In this document: in pieces, positions 53,977 through 63,894 of the stretch
Position numbering within the stretch: the stretch's first letter is position 1
Layout: each line of letters opens with the position of its first letter
Assembly (NCBI GenBank): GCA_963783575.1
Contig: CAWAOD010000013.1
Location: forward strand, 228,826 to 292,825
DNA length: 64,000 nucleotides
Direction: 5' to 3'
From: an uncultured Spirochaetota bacterium
Lineage (GTDB): Bacteria; Spirochaetota; Brevinematia; Brevinematales; JAOACQ01
Notes under the pieces: model-generated
The model's input: the letters and a program-made list of their open reading frames with translations, nothing else
Told to the model about the DNA's origin: nothing
The model's database searches: none
Translations under genes and position numbers: made by a program

Positions 53977-54297
53977 TATTTACTCTCATTTTTATTTCTT
54001 TCTAACAATCGTTATATTGACTTGCCCAATAACACATAATGCTTAAGTGGATTAATTCAACACCGATGATTCAGAACTATTTTACAATTTTTTCAGAAAT
54101 TATATGACTGATTAATCAAATAGTCAAGGAGTCTGATTGTAAGACCAATGATTATCCATTTTAGAATGAGCATCGGAACAGCCGGTCAATAGCCATAAAG
54201 AATCGATAATTTTAAGTATTTTTAAATCTAAAAAAAGAATCGTTTATTTAAATCCCGGCTGTTCTTTTCTACAAGATTCACGTGATTATATAGCGGA

Positions 54298-54400
54298 GAA
54301 AGAATGTCACTTTTGCGAGCCAACAGGACGTTGGCATGCCCGTAGATCTGTCCGAAGCAAGGATGCGAGTTACGGAGGGCCGCAAAAGTTACATTCTTTC
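54298..54400. repeat. Palindromic element with internal hairpins
   Basis: 20-bp arms GAAAGAATGTCACTTTTGCG / CGCAAAAGTTACATTCTTTC (1 mismatch). Inner GCCAAC-AGGAC-GTTGGC and GC-AAGGAT-GC. Confidence 0.75.
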
Positions 54401-54504
54401 GCAGCATTATTCCCATTAATGACCCACCCCTCTCGTGCGGCAACTTCCCGATGATTAAATGAAAGAAAGAATTAAAGCCCCATTGCCATCTACGGCAAAA
54501 ATAC

Positions 54505-56397
54505 CTATTTAATTTTTCCCATTTTCCTTAAAATTGTTTCCATATCGTTTACAAGCGAACCGAATGCGGCAAGAAGGTTGTCCACGGGTTCGGTCGAAGT
54601 CATATCAACACCGGCCTTTTTCAATACATCTATCGGATAATCTGAACTGCCGGCTTTTAAAAACTCAATATAACGCTTTTGTGCAGATTCTTTATCCCCG
54701 CCTTCTGTAATTTGATGAACCATCTCATAGGATGCGGCAAGAGAAGTGGCATATTTATATACATAAAAATCCATATAGAAATGGGGGACTCTTGACCACC
54801 AGATCCCGGCAAGATCGTCGGATTCGAAATCGGGACCAAAATATTTTTTCATCAGTGTTAACCAAATATCGTTAAGGGATTTTGATGAAAGAGCCTCACC
54901 GCCCTCAACACGCTCGTGGATTATCTTTTCGAATTCCGAGTACATTACCTGTGTGTAAACTGTTCCGCGAATCATTTCAATAAACTGATTGATGAAATAT
55001 AATTTCTGCAGGTCGTTTGTTGAATTTGCAATAAGGTATTTAAGCATCATTACTTCATTTGCGGTTGAAGCAACCTCGGCATTAAAGATCGGAACTTCTG
55101 AATTTACATATTTTTGAGTCCCATTGGCATAATAAGCGTTCATTGCATGGCCCATCTCATGGGCGATTGTAAGCATGGAATCGACCGATTCGTTGTAATT
55201 CATAAGGATGTATGGATGAGTATCGTATGATCCCCAGTTATATCCGCCGGTATTCTTATTTTGAGTTTCGTAAACATCTATCCACCGGTTTTCCAGGCCT
55301 TTAGCAAAAACCGAAAGATATTCCGGTCCGAGCGGAGTTAATCCGCTCAAAATCATTTTTTTAGCATCCTCATAAGGGATGTTAAGTTCGTAATTTTCAA
55401 CCAGAGGCATATACATATCATAAACATGGACCTTATCAATGCCCATGAATTTCTTTCTTAATGTGACATAGCTTTGAAGGTATTTGAGGTTATTATTTAC
55501 AGATCTGATCAGTTTGTCATAAACGCTTCTTGGAACAAATTCCATCGCCAATGAAGCCTCAAGAGCGGAAGGATATTTCCTGGCTGTTGAGAAAAAGATA
55601 TTTTTTTTGACTTCGGCCTGAAGAATGGCAGCAAAGGTATTCTTAACCCTGTCAAACTGTGAATATATCCCTTCAAAAGCGCGCTTTCTAAAATCCCTGT
55701 CATGGTTTTCAAGTATCTTCTGGTACATCGCTGCCGAAAGTTGAATGTCATTGCTTTTATCGTCTTTTATTATCGGATAAAGCATGTCGGCTATCCTGAG
55801 CTTATTTACAATATCCCCCGGCGAACCGGCTATATCGCCGGCTTCGGCAAGAATAATTTCTTCGGGTTTTGAAAGCGTGTGCGGTTTCAACTTTAAAAGG
55901 ACTTCCAATGAATGTTTATAATCCTGGAGATCAGGATTATTCATATAATTGCTGATAGTATTTTCGGGCAGCGTGAGAAGTTCAGGCTTAATGAAAGCTG
56001 TAATCGCAGACAGCCTGGATGATAATGTTTCCGAGCGGGAGCTTAACTCTGCGACGCCATTATCCGCCTGGTTTTCATCGGCCTTCATATGAATGTACAC
56101 AAAAAGCTTTTCCATAAGCCTTGATGCTTCATCGCTTTTTGTCAGGCATTTGAGCAACGAATCGGCGTTTGCTAATTTCCCTTCAAAGGCGCTCAAAGAC
56201 GGGATAAATACTTTATCGATCTTATTAAAATCGATTTCCCACATTGCGGTATTTGAGTAAATCTCATCAAGATTCCACTTATATCTTTCAGGAATCTGAT
56301 CCCTGTTTTTTAAAACGGATTGGTCCTGGCTGAAAATTATAGAGCCGGCAAAATTGATGATAATAAAAATTATTACAACCGTTATTCTTTTTTTCAT
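54505..56397 (-). CDS. pepF: Oligoendopeptidase F (M3B) with signal peptide
   Basis: RDQIPERYKWNL, HPYILMN, AHEMGH, AEVAST, PHFY..FYVYKYA. Confidence 0.93.
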   Translation of the reverse strand: MKKRITVVIIFIIINFAGSIIFSQDQSVLKNRDQIPERYKWNLDEIYSNTAMWEIDFNKIDKVFIPSLSAFEGKLANADSLLKCLTKSDEASRLMEKLFVYIHMKADENQADNGVAELSSRSETLSSRLSAITAFIKPELLTLPENTISNYMNNPDLQDYKHSLEVLLKLKPHTLSKPEEIILAEAGDIAGSPGDIVNKLRIADMLYPIIKDDKSNDIQLSAAMYQKILENHDRDFRKRAFEGIYSQFDRVKNTFAAILQAEVKKNIFFSTARKYPSALEASLAMEFVPRSVYDKLIRSVNNNLKYLQSYVTLRKKFMGIDKVHVYDMYMPLVENYELNIPYEDAKKMILSGLTPLGPEYLSVFAKGLENRWIDVYETQNKNTGGYNWGSYDTHPYILMNYNESVDSMLTIAHEMGHAMNAYYANGTQKYVNSEVPIFNAEVASTANEVMMLKYLIANSTNDLQKLYFINQFIEMIRGTVYTQVMYSEFEKIIHERVEGGEALSSKSLNDIWLTLMKKYFGPDFESDDLAGIWWSRVPHFYMDFYVYKYATSLAASYEMVHQITEGGDKESAQKRYIEFLKAGSSDYPIDVLKKAGVDMTSTEPVDNLLAAFGSLVNDMETILRKMGKIK

Positions 56398-56440
56398 AAT
56401 GATCCTCCGAATTTTATTCCTGTTGAAAGAAATAGTTCAA

Positions 56441-57445
56441 TCACTGGTTTGTTTTATATATCTTTCCGTATTCAGCGGCAAGTCTAACAGCTTCAATCAT
56501 ACTGACAGGGCTTGCAACGCCCTTACCGGCGATATCAAAAGCGGTGCCATGATCCACTGAAGTTCTTAAAAAAGGCATACCTAGTGTTAGTGAGACTGTT
56601 TTTTCAAAATCAAGCGTTTTCACGGCAATGTGGCCCTGATCATGATAGAGTGAAAGGACAGCACCGTATTTACCGGTCAATGCCTGGTAAAAAACCGAGT
56701 CGGCAGGGACAGGTCCTGCAACATCAAGCCCATCATTTCGTGCTTCTTTGACGGCGGGCGATATTTCAAGAACCTCCTCGCTGCCGAATAAGCCATGTTC
56801 TCCGTTATGGGGGTTCAATCCGGCTACAACAAGGGATTTCTTTTCAACCCCCAGCTGATCGAGGGCTTTTAGGCATCGTTTTATGGTATATAATAAACGT
56901 TCTTTCGTGACCAGGTCGCAAGCTTTTCGTAATGATACATGCCTGGATAAAAAGAAGACTCTTAAATTATTAACCTGAAACATTGTTAAAGGATCATCGG
57001 TTTTTGTCAGGCCCGCAAGTATTTCAGTATGCCCTATAAACTCTATCCCGGCTGCCTTTAGCGCTTCTTTATTTATCGGAGCAGTGGCTATAGCCGTCAC
57101 TTCGCCAGATTCAGCCAATTTCACCGATTTACCAATATAATCAAAGGCGGCTTTCCCTGCCGTAGCCTGAACCATACCATACTCAACCGAATTTATTGCA
57201 GTATCATCAATAGAAATCAGATCAATCCTTCCGGCTTCATATTTCCCAAGCGATGGCCTGCCGATCTCTGTGAATTCAACATTCGATTTTATTATTTTTT
57301 CTATAAGACGGAGAACATTTATATTACCTATGACCAGGGGTCTGCAGAAACTGTAGATTTTATCATTTGACAGCGCTTTGATTATTATTTCCGGCCCGAT
57401 CCCGGCAGGATCGCCCATTGGTATAGCAATGACCGGCTTTTCCAT
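56441..57445 (-). CDS. pdxA: PdxA-family 4-hydroxythreonine-4-phosphate/threonate-4-phosphate dehydrogenase
   Basis: [42 protein letters not shown]. Confidence 0.92.
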   Translation of the reverse strand: MEKPVIAIPMGDPAGIGPEIIIKALSNDKIYSFCRPLVIGNINVLRLIEKIIKSNVEFTEIGRPSLGKYEAGRIDLISIDDTAINSVEYGMVQATAGKAAFDYIGKSVKLAESGEVTAIATAPINKEALKAAGIEFIGHTEILAGLTKTDDPLTMFQVNNLRVFFLSRHVSLRKACDLVTKERLLYTIKRCLKALDQLGVEKKSLVVAGLNPHNGEHGLFGSEEVLEISPAVKEARNDGLDVAGPVPADSVFYQALTGKYGAVLSLYHDQGHIAVKTLDFEKTVSLTLGMPFLRTSVDHGTAFDIAGKGVASPVSMIEAVRLAAEYGKIYKTNQ

Positions 57446-57747
57446 TAATTCCTCCGGCTTATTTATTCCACTTGTAAAAAATTATAATCGGAAATACTGG
57501 AATTTGCAAAAATCAGATCATCACTTTGTAGAATAATTGCCCATATATCATTTTAGATATATCAATTTGAATTAATAATATAATTTTGAATTCATTACAG
57601 ACATTTTACAAAACATCCCGGATAGCTGAAATGGTTTAAAAGCAACGGCTTTGTATATAAATTCTTAATTAGAAAATTTTATTTTTAATGGCATAAATCT
57701 TGCATATTTAAACTAGTTATTATAATAATTATTCGGGAGAAATATTC

Positions 57748-60096
57748 ATGACATTGAAAAAAATTACAGTTATTTTAATTTTGATATTATCTTTTATGCG
57801 GCTTTACTCTGCAAGACTTACCGTAACGGTATTGGATAGTCTTCAGGCGATGCCTGAGGCCGCTGTTATTTTAACAAACCAAAATCTTCAGCAAACAACC
57901 GATAAGAGGGGTAAGGCTATTTTTGAAAATGTAAATCCCGGTATATATACCCTGGTTGTAATGTTAAACGGATATAATAAATATACGAAAGATATATTAG
58001 TGCCTGTAGAAGGGCTTAAGGTCATGGCTAAAATCAGTCCGAAAGCCTATGATTTAGGGGAATTAACCGTATCGGCAAAACGAACCAAAGGAAAGACGGA
58101 AACAAAAACCACAATTCAGCAGGAAGAGATTCAGGCAGTTTCACAGAGCATTATGCAGGATTCGATAAAAGCTCTGCAGGCAATGCCCGGAGTTTCTTCG
58201 AGCGGCGGGTCTTTCGACAGCCGGATGTATATTCAGGGCGGTGCGTCATATGAATGGATAGCATCGCTGGATGGGGTAATGATATTGGACCCTATGCGCT
58301 GGGGCGGGAATATTTCCATGTTTAACCCAAACATTGTTGATACTATCGATCTTTATACTGCCGGATATCCATGCTCTTTCGGCCAGGGACTGTCAGGGAT
58401 TGTAAATGTTGAATCAATAAAAGGGAACAAAGACCAGTGGAAACTTTATTATGAACAGACATATGTTTCATCTGAAATACAGCTTGAAGGGCCGGTTTCT
58501 TCAAATTTTACGATATTTTTCAATACCCGGAGGACATATTACGATCTTGTAGCCCCTCTTCTTTTTACCGGCAATGACTGGAAAGGCGTTCAATTTCCTT
58601 ACTTATGGGATGGCCTTTTAAGGATGAACTGGGAGATTACGCCTGCAGATACCCTTTCGTTTACTGGTTACGGTTCGCTTGAAGGTATGAAATGGAAACT
58701 GGCCAACAGCGGAGGTCCTTCAGACCTGGGTACTAATGCGGAGTTTTATTATCAGACAATTAATTTAATCGGGAGCCTCCGGTACAAACACAATTTTGCC
58801 AATTCAGATTCTTTTGACCTGACTGCAGCATATACACCTGTGTTCAGCGAATATAATCTTGGCAACAGCCCGATTGTAAAGGAAAATTCCATAGAGAATG
58901 ATTATTTTTACCAGATGTCCGCGAATTATTATATGAATTCAATTACAAATCACAAAATCCAGGCGGGAATAATGGGTTTTTATGCCGATCCTGTAGCAAC
59001 TGACAGTGTTGATGTTTATTCTTTAAATCTTCAGGATGAATGGACAAATGCATTCAGCTTACATAAAACTTTCGGACCGATGGATATCTATTACGGCGGC
59101 ATCTATGCAATGGACAATTGGGAATTTGTTCCCTCATGGATAGTCCAGTTCGGCGCGAGAGGTGAATATTTTACTCCGAATCATGAGTTTACTTTAGATC
59201 CTCAGGCTGGTATTAAATATGAGACCACAAAAGAGCTTGATCTTTTTTTCCGCACAGGCTTATATAGCTTGTTCCCCGTTGATCTTTTGGAAATTGATCC
59301 GACTTATGGAAATACCAATCTTGTCGGTGAGAAAGTTATGCATTATATTGCAGGCCTGGATTTTGCCAATGAGAAATACACCTTCCGGGCTGAAGGTTTT
59401 ATTAAGCAGTATCACGATCTTGTTGAAGGTGATATTTCCAATCATTATAATAATAACGGTATACGCAATGTTTATGGAGGAGATGTCTATCTTCAGAAAA
59501 AAGCCATCCGGGGCGACTGGCTTTCAGGCTGGATTTCCTATACATATGTTTACGGCGCCGAAGAAATCACTGCCCGTTCCGATCCAACGCCGCAGGAAAA
59601 TTATGATACCCCTCTCAATGAGTTTTTCACGCCCAATTATTTAAGGAACCATACACTTTCCTCAATTATAGAATTGACTTATTACAAAGGTGAGAAAGCG
59701 TCGTTTTTCGATTTTCTTGATAACTGTAAAATATCTTTTGATTATAAGTTTTTATCAGGGCAGCCATATACTCCGGCTACAAATTTTTTATCAAATCAAA
59801 CTCCGGCAGGTGCCCAGTATAAAATTCTGTACGGTAAATACGACAGCGAAACCGGTCCTTTGTATTCCAAACTGGATGTAAAAGTAACAGTGCCGGGCTC
59901 GATTTTCTCAATTATGAGTTTGTTCGGAATTGAGAATTTTGAAACCTATACTTATGTTTCTTTCATCAATATATTGAATACGAAGAATATAACCGGGTAT
60001 TATTACAGCGTTCAGGACAATCAACTTCAGCGGCTCGAGTCCATTGATTACCCATTCATGCCGGTTGTAGGGATGACGCTTAAAATGGTTTTCTGA
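57748..60096 (+). CDS. TonB-dependent receptor
   Basis: Signal peptide, carboxypeptidase-regulatory-like N-domain, plug LQAMPGV...YIQGG, C-terminal NILN...PVVGMTLKMVF. Confidence 0.85.
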   Translation: MTLKKITVILILILSFMRLYSARLTVTVLDSLQAMPEAAVILTNQNLQQTTDKRGKAIFENVNPGIYTLVVMLNGYNKYTKDILVPVEGLKVMAKISPKAYDLGELTVSAKRTKGKTETKTTIQQEEIQAVSQSIMQDSIKALQAMPGVSSSGGSFDSRMYIQGGASYEWIASLDGVMILDPMRWGGNISMFNPNIVDTIDLYTAGYPCSFGQGLSGIVNVESIKGNKDQWKLYYEQTYVSSEIQLEGPVSSNFTIFFNTRRTYYDLVAPLLFTGNDWKGVQFPYLWDGLLRMNWEITPADTLSFTGYGSLEGMKWKLANSGGPSDLGTNAEFYYQTINLIGSLRYKHNFANSDSFDLTAAYTPVFSEYNLGNSPIVKENSIENDYFYQMSANYYMNSITNHKIQAGIMGFYADPVATDSVDVYSLNLQDEWTNAFSLHKTFGPMDIYYGGIYAMDNWEFVPSWIVQFGARGEYFTPNHEFTLDPQAGIKYETTKELDLFFRTGLYSLFPVDLLEIDPTYGNTNLVGEKVMHYIAGLDFANEKYTFRAEGFIKQYHDLVEGDISNHYNNNGIRNVYGGDVYLQKKAIRGDWLSGWISYTYVYGAEEITARSDPTPQENYDTPLNEFFTPNYLRNHTLSSIIELTYYKGEKASFFDFLDNCKISFDYKFLSGQPYTPATNFLSNQTPAGAQYKILYGKYDSETGPLYSKLDVKVTVPGSIFSIMSLFGIENFETYTYVSFINILNTKNITGYYYSVQDNQLQRLESIDYPFMPVVGMTLKMVF

Positions 60097-60216
60097 TTCA
60101 GTCAACCAGTCAGTTAGTCAGCTAATCTACCTTTCGGACAGTCAGTAGAATTTAATAGCCGGATAACTAACCGACTAATTAACTTTCGACTAATATTATT
60201 ATTTCGACAAAAACTA

Positions 60217-60266
60217 TTGACAAAATAAAATTTTCAATTTATAATGAGTGTATACTCAATGAGTAT
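60217..60266 (+). promoter_or_regulatory. Consensus sigma70 promoter with palindromic operator
   Basis: TTGACA (60217), 17-bp spacer, TATAAT (60240). ATACTCA-A-TGAGTAT at 60252-60266. Confidence 0.8.
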
Positions 60267-60278
60267 GGAGTCAATAAT

Positions 60279-60905
60279 ATGAAACAACCTGTCCGTAAAA
60301 TACAGAAAGCTCAGACAAGAAAACTTTTGCTTGAAACAGCTCTCAGGCTTTTTACTGAAAAAGGCTTTGCCGCTACAAGGACAATAGATATAGCAAAAGA
60401 GGCGGGAGTTTCTCATGGAACGGTCTTTTCACATTTTCCGCTTCGCGAGGATCTTATAAATAATATAATTGAAGGGTTTGGAAAAAAAGTAGCCGGAAGG
60501 ATGCATGAGTTAGCCGGAAATGAAGGAACTTTGAGGGAAGTTTTGGAAGCCCATATCGCCGGGTTAACAGAAACTGAAGGGTTTTATATCAGGTTAATAT
60601 CAGAACAGCAGTATTTGTCAGAAACGGCAAGAAGCGCCCTAATCGGGATTCAATCTGCAATATCCTTTCACATCAATATTGCTGCTGAAAAGGAGATGAA
60701 AAACAGGGCAATAAAGGAAATGCCTATTCACCTTCTTTTCAATACCTGGACCGGACTTATTCATTATTATCTTGCCAATAAAGCCCTTTTTGCACCGGAT
60801 GAACCGGTATTAAAAAGATACAGCGGGGAATTGCTGGAACATTATATGAATCTGATAAATTGTAAAGAACAGCAAGGTGATTACAATCAGCACGGCAAGA
60901 AATAA
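60279..60905 (+). CDS. TetR/AcrR-family regulator
   Basis: TRKLLLETALRLFTEKGFAATRTIDIAKEAGVSHGTVFSHF. Confidence 0.92.
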   Translation: MKQPVRKIQKAQTRKLLLETALRLFTEKGFAATRTIDIAKEAGVSHGTVFSHFPLREDLINNIIEGFGKKVAGRMHELAGNEGTLREVLEAHIAGLTETEGFYIRLISEQQYLSETARSALIGIQSAISFHINIAAEKEMKNRAIKEMPIHLLFNTWTGLIHYYLANKALFAPDEPVLKRYSGELLEHYMNLINCKEQQGDYNQHGKK

Positions 60906-60958
60906 AAGTTTTTAAAAAAACTTATGTCATTACTTTGAAAATCAATAGGAGGCATACT

Positions 60959-61177
60959 ATGAATGCTATTTTGCAATCAAATCTAAAAGCAAAAAAATGT
61001 TACGGTCATCTTGGAGGTAAACTGGGCGATCTTTTATTTGAAAGGTTTGTTGATCTCGGCTGGTTCAGGCTGGAAGCCGGGAAATCCACTGATTATGAAA
61101 TTACCGGTAAAGGTTTTCAGGAATTGGAGAAACTTGGAGTAAATTTATATAAAGGAGAATACCATGAAAGATTATGA
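60959..61177 (+). CDS. Small winged-helix-like protein (ArsR C-terminal-like)
   Basis: AGGAGG RBS. KKCYGHLGGKLG...YEITGKG...LEKLGV. Confidence 0.65.
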   Translation: MNAILQSNLKAKKCYGHLGGKLGDLLFERFVDLGWFRLEAGKSTDYEITGKGFQELEKLGVNLYKGEYHERL

Positions 61178-61511
61178 CAATTTCTTTCTTCCCGCGGGTG
61201 ATTTAAAGAAAAGCAGGGAGTTTTATCAAAATATCTTAGGCTTAACGGTTAAATTCGATTTTCCTGAAAACGGAATGACGGCTTTTAAGGTGGGAAACCA
61301 GGAGCCTGCAATTATTCTGGACGCAAGGCCTGGATCTAAACCGGCAATCTGGTTTACCGTGGATGATGTTAAGAAAAAATATGAAGAATTAAAGCTGAAG
61401 GGTGTACAATTCATTTCCGGGCCTTTTTTAATAAAAACGGGCTGGGCGGCTGAATTTCTCGACCCGTTTGGAAATAAGTTGGGAATAACTGATTATTCAG
61501 TTGTTCGTTAA
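61164..61511 (+). CDS. VOC/glyoxalase family protein
   Basis: DLKKSREFYQNILGL, FTVDDV, EFLDPFGNKLG. Confidence 0.88.
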   Translation: MKDYDNFFLPAGDLKKSREFYQNILGLTVKFDFPENGMTAFKVGNQEPAIILDARPGSKPAIWFTVDDVKKKYEELKLKGVQFISGPFLIKTGWAAEFLDPFGNKLGITDYSVVR

Positions 61512-61528
61512 AATCGGAGGTTAAATTT

Positions 61529-61783
61529 ATGAAGAGTTGCATTGCATGCGGAATGCCGATGGTAAAAAGAGAAGATTTCGCCCTTGGGGATGAATCAAAA
61601 GACTATTGTACCTACTGTTCGAGACCCGACGGCTCGATGCAGTCTTATAATGAGAAACTTGATTCAATGACGGGGTTCATTATCAGAACACAGGGCTTTG
61701 ATGTTAAGGCGGCAAGGCTTGCCGCAGTTGAAATGCTGTCAAAGCTGCCGGCCTGGGCGGCGTCGTGTCGCTCGCCGAACTAG
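61529..61783 (+). CDS. Putative zinc-ribbon domain protein
   Basis: CIACGMPM...DYCTYC...LPAW. The last codons are supplied by the family-B repeat. Confidence 0.8.
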   Translation: MKSCIACGMPMVKREDFALGDESKDYCTYCSRPDGSMQSYNEKLDSMTGFIIRTQGFDVKAARLAAVEMLSKLPAWAASCRSPN

Positions 61784-61880
61784 CGTTCGGCGGCTTGTAT
61801 GTTAATAGAGTGGATTTTATGGGACATCCTGTCCCCTTGGTTACTTTCGTTCGCCGAACTGTGCGAAATAGTTTCGCTGC
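61757..61880 (-). repeat. Multi-hairpin repeat, family B
   Basis: Reverse complement reads GCGAAACTATTTCGC ... GGGACAGGATGTCCC ... GCCGAACGCTAGTTCGGC-GA-GCGACACGACGCCGC. Confidence 0.8.
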
Positions 61881-62014
61881 AGAACATTGGTTCGATAAGC
61901 ATCCGTACTGAGCGAAGGGCATTGTGTCCACAATTTGTTTGGATTATCAGAAAGTTCGGCAATTCATAGCAGTAAAACATATCTTTTTTAAAACTGAAAG
62001 TGTATAATATTTCT

Positions 62015-63152
62015 ATGAAAATAATAGCGGATGAAAACATTCCATTTATTAAAGAAGCTTTCGGCAGTTTTACGGATCTTGCCACAATGCCTGGACGGAC
62101 TATAAATGCAGGTGTAGTAAAAGATGCGCAGGCGCTATTAGTAAGATCCGTCACTAAAGTGGATAAAAATCTTCTGGAAGACAGCTCTGTGGAATTTGTC
62201 GGGACGGCAACAATTGGCGTTGATCACATCGATACGGAATACCTTAAAAGCCGTAAAATAGGTTTTGCCAGCGCAGAAGGCAGTAATGCGAACTCGGTCG
62301 CCGAATATATAATAGCATGTCTGCTGGCCTTGAATTCCAGGGAAAAAATCTCATTGAAGAGCCTGACCCTGGGAATTGTCGGCTTGGGAAATGTCGGAAA
62401 AAAATGTGGCTCAGAAAGCCCGGAACCTTGGCATTAAAATATTGCAGAACGATCCGCCGCTCTCGGATAAAGGCATGGCTGGATTCACTTCTCTGGATGA
62501 TTTAATGCAATCCGATATAGTAACGATTCATGTACCGCTGACATATCAGGGTATTTACAAAACATACCGGTTGTTTGATGAAAATAGACTTTTAAAAATG
62601 AAGCAGGGAAGCTTTTTGATCAATACATCAAGAGGTTTTGTCGTTTCAGGTGAAGGCTTAAAAAAAGCCCTGGATAAAAAACACCTTTCCGGTGCAGTTC
62701 TTGATGTCTGGGAGAATGAACCGGATATTGATGCCAAATTGCTTGAAGCTCTTACCATCGGTACGCCGCATATAGCCGGATATTCATTTGAGGGAAAAAT
62801 AAACGGTGCCGAAATGGTATATAACGCCCTATGCCGTTATTTCAATTTAGAAAAAAACTGGAACAAGACTAAGGCACAATTAAGATATGATAATCCGCCA
62901 ATCGAAATCGGCCGATCCTTTTCAGATGATTATGGAATAATAAATAATTTAGTAAAGAATTTATATGATATTGAAAGAGACGACATCGAACTTAGAAAAA
63001 TAATATTTCTTCCGGAATTAGAACGCCCGAAATATTTTGAAAGTCTTAGAAGGGATTACCCGATTCGGCGGGAATTTAACAATCAAACTATTAAAACCGT
63101 TAATATGCAATTATATAAGAAGTTAACCGGATTGGGTTTTACCGTTATTTGA
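62015..63152 (+). CDS. pdxB: Erythronate-4-phosphate dehydrogenase (one extra A at 62398-62404)
   Basis: MKIIADENIP, LLVRSVTKV, GTATIGVDHID, GLGNVG, LDVWENEP, TPHIAGYSFEGK, FESLRRDYPIRREF. Confidence 0.92.
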
Positions 63153-63500
63153 TAAATTACATCTTCTAAATAGTTAGAGGACATGCTTTTTGAACTATAT
63201 TAATCAGTATGCAATAATTGTACTATTCTGAGATTGAATAACGATGTTAAACATTGCTCCATGTCTTCTCAATACTATATTTATTGTTATTCTTCAATAA
63301 TGCATAAATAGTTACGATAATTCCTCTTACACTTTAAAATACAAATCAAAATATATTTAATTTAAATTAAATATCATATTGTCGTTTCAATTTTTGTAAT
63401 AAAATAAAAAATATTATAATATTAATTTGATGATTTAATAATATCTTATTATAATTGGAATATAAATTTTTAATTAAATATTAAATCCAATGGAGGCATT

Positions 63501-63878
63501 ATGGGTAAAAAAGGTCTCGCATTGATAGTTGATGACGATCAGTTCACCAGGGACAGGATTAAACTATATCTTTCAATTATCGGTTTTAACACCATAACTG
63601 CTGTTGATGGTATGGATGGTCTTGAAAAAATGAAAACTGCAGGAGAATTGAAAGTAATATTTTCAGATTATGAGATGCCGAATATGAATGGACTTCAGTT
63701 TCTGGAAAGGGTTAAAAAAGACCCCGTTTATAAAAACACTCCTTTTGTTATGCTGACCAGTGTTGACAGCCAGGAAATAATCAACAGCGTAATATCTCTG
63801 GGTGCGATCGCCTATATGATCAAACCCTTTGATAATAAAAAGATGCAAATGATATTGGGAAAATTGGGTTTATTTTAG
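63501..63878 (+). CDS. CheY-like single-domain response regulator
   Basis: LIVDDD, FSDYEMPNMNG, MLTS, IKPF. Confidence 0.9.
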   Translation: MGKKGLALIVDDDQFTRDRIKLYLSIIGFNTITAVDGMDGLEKMKTAGELKVIFSDYEMPNMNGLQFLERVKKDPVYKNTPFVMLTSVDSQEIINSVISLGAIAYMIKPFDNKKMQMILGKLGLF

Positions 63879-63894
63879 AATTTAGGAGTATTTA

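Noticed and set aside
53977..54020. GTTAGAA just upstream of the kinase, suggesting an integron cassette
   Set aside because: No convincing attC downstream of the gene and no integron integrase in the window.
60097..60192. AGTC/AGTT-rich imperfect inverted repeat after the TonB receptor
   Set aside because: Low complexity and imperfect. At most a terminator-like element.
56441..63152. pdxA and pdxB as a vitamin B6 cluster
   Set aside because: They are 4.5 kb apart on opposite strands with unrelated genes between, and the PdxA could be the catabolic PdxA2 type.
842..63848. Numerous short antisense or overlapping ORFs in the six-frame track, and ORFs over repeats (e.g. 19173, 27616, 35200, 54228, 61704)
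   Set aside because: They are shadows of real genes or translations of palindromic repeats, lacking RBS and motifs.
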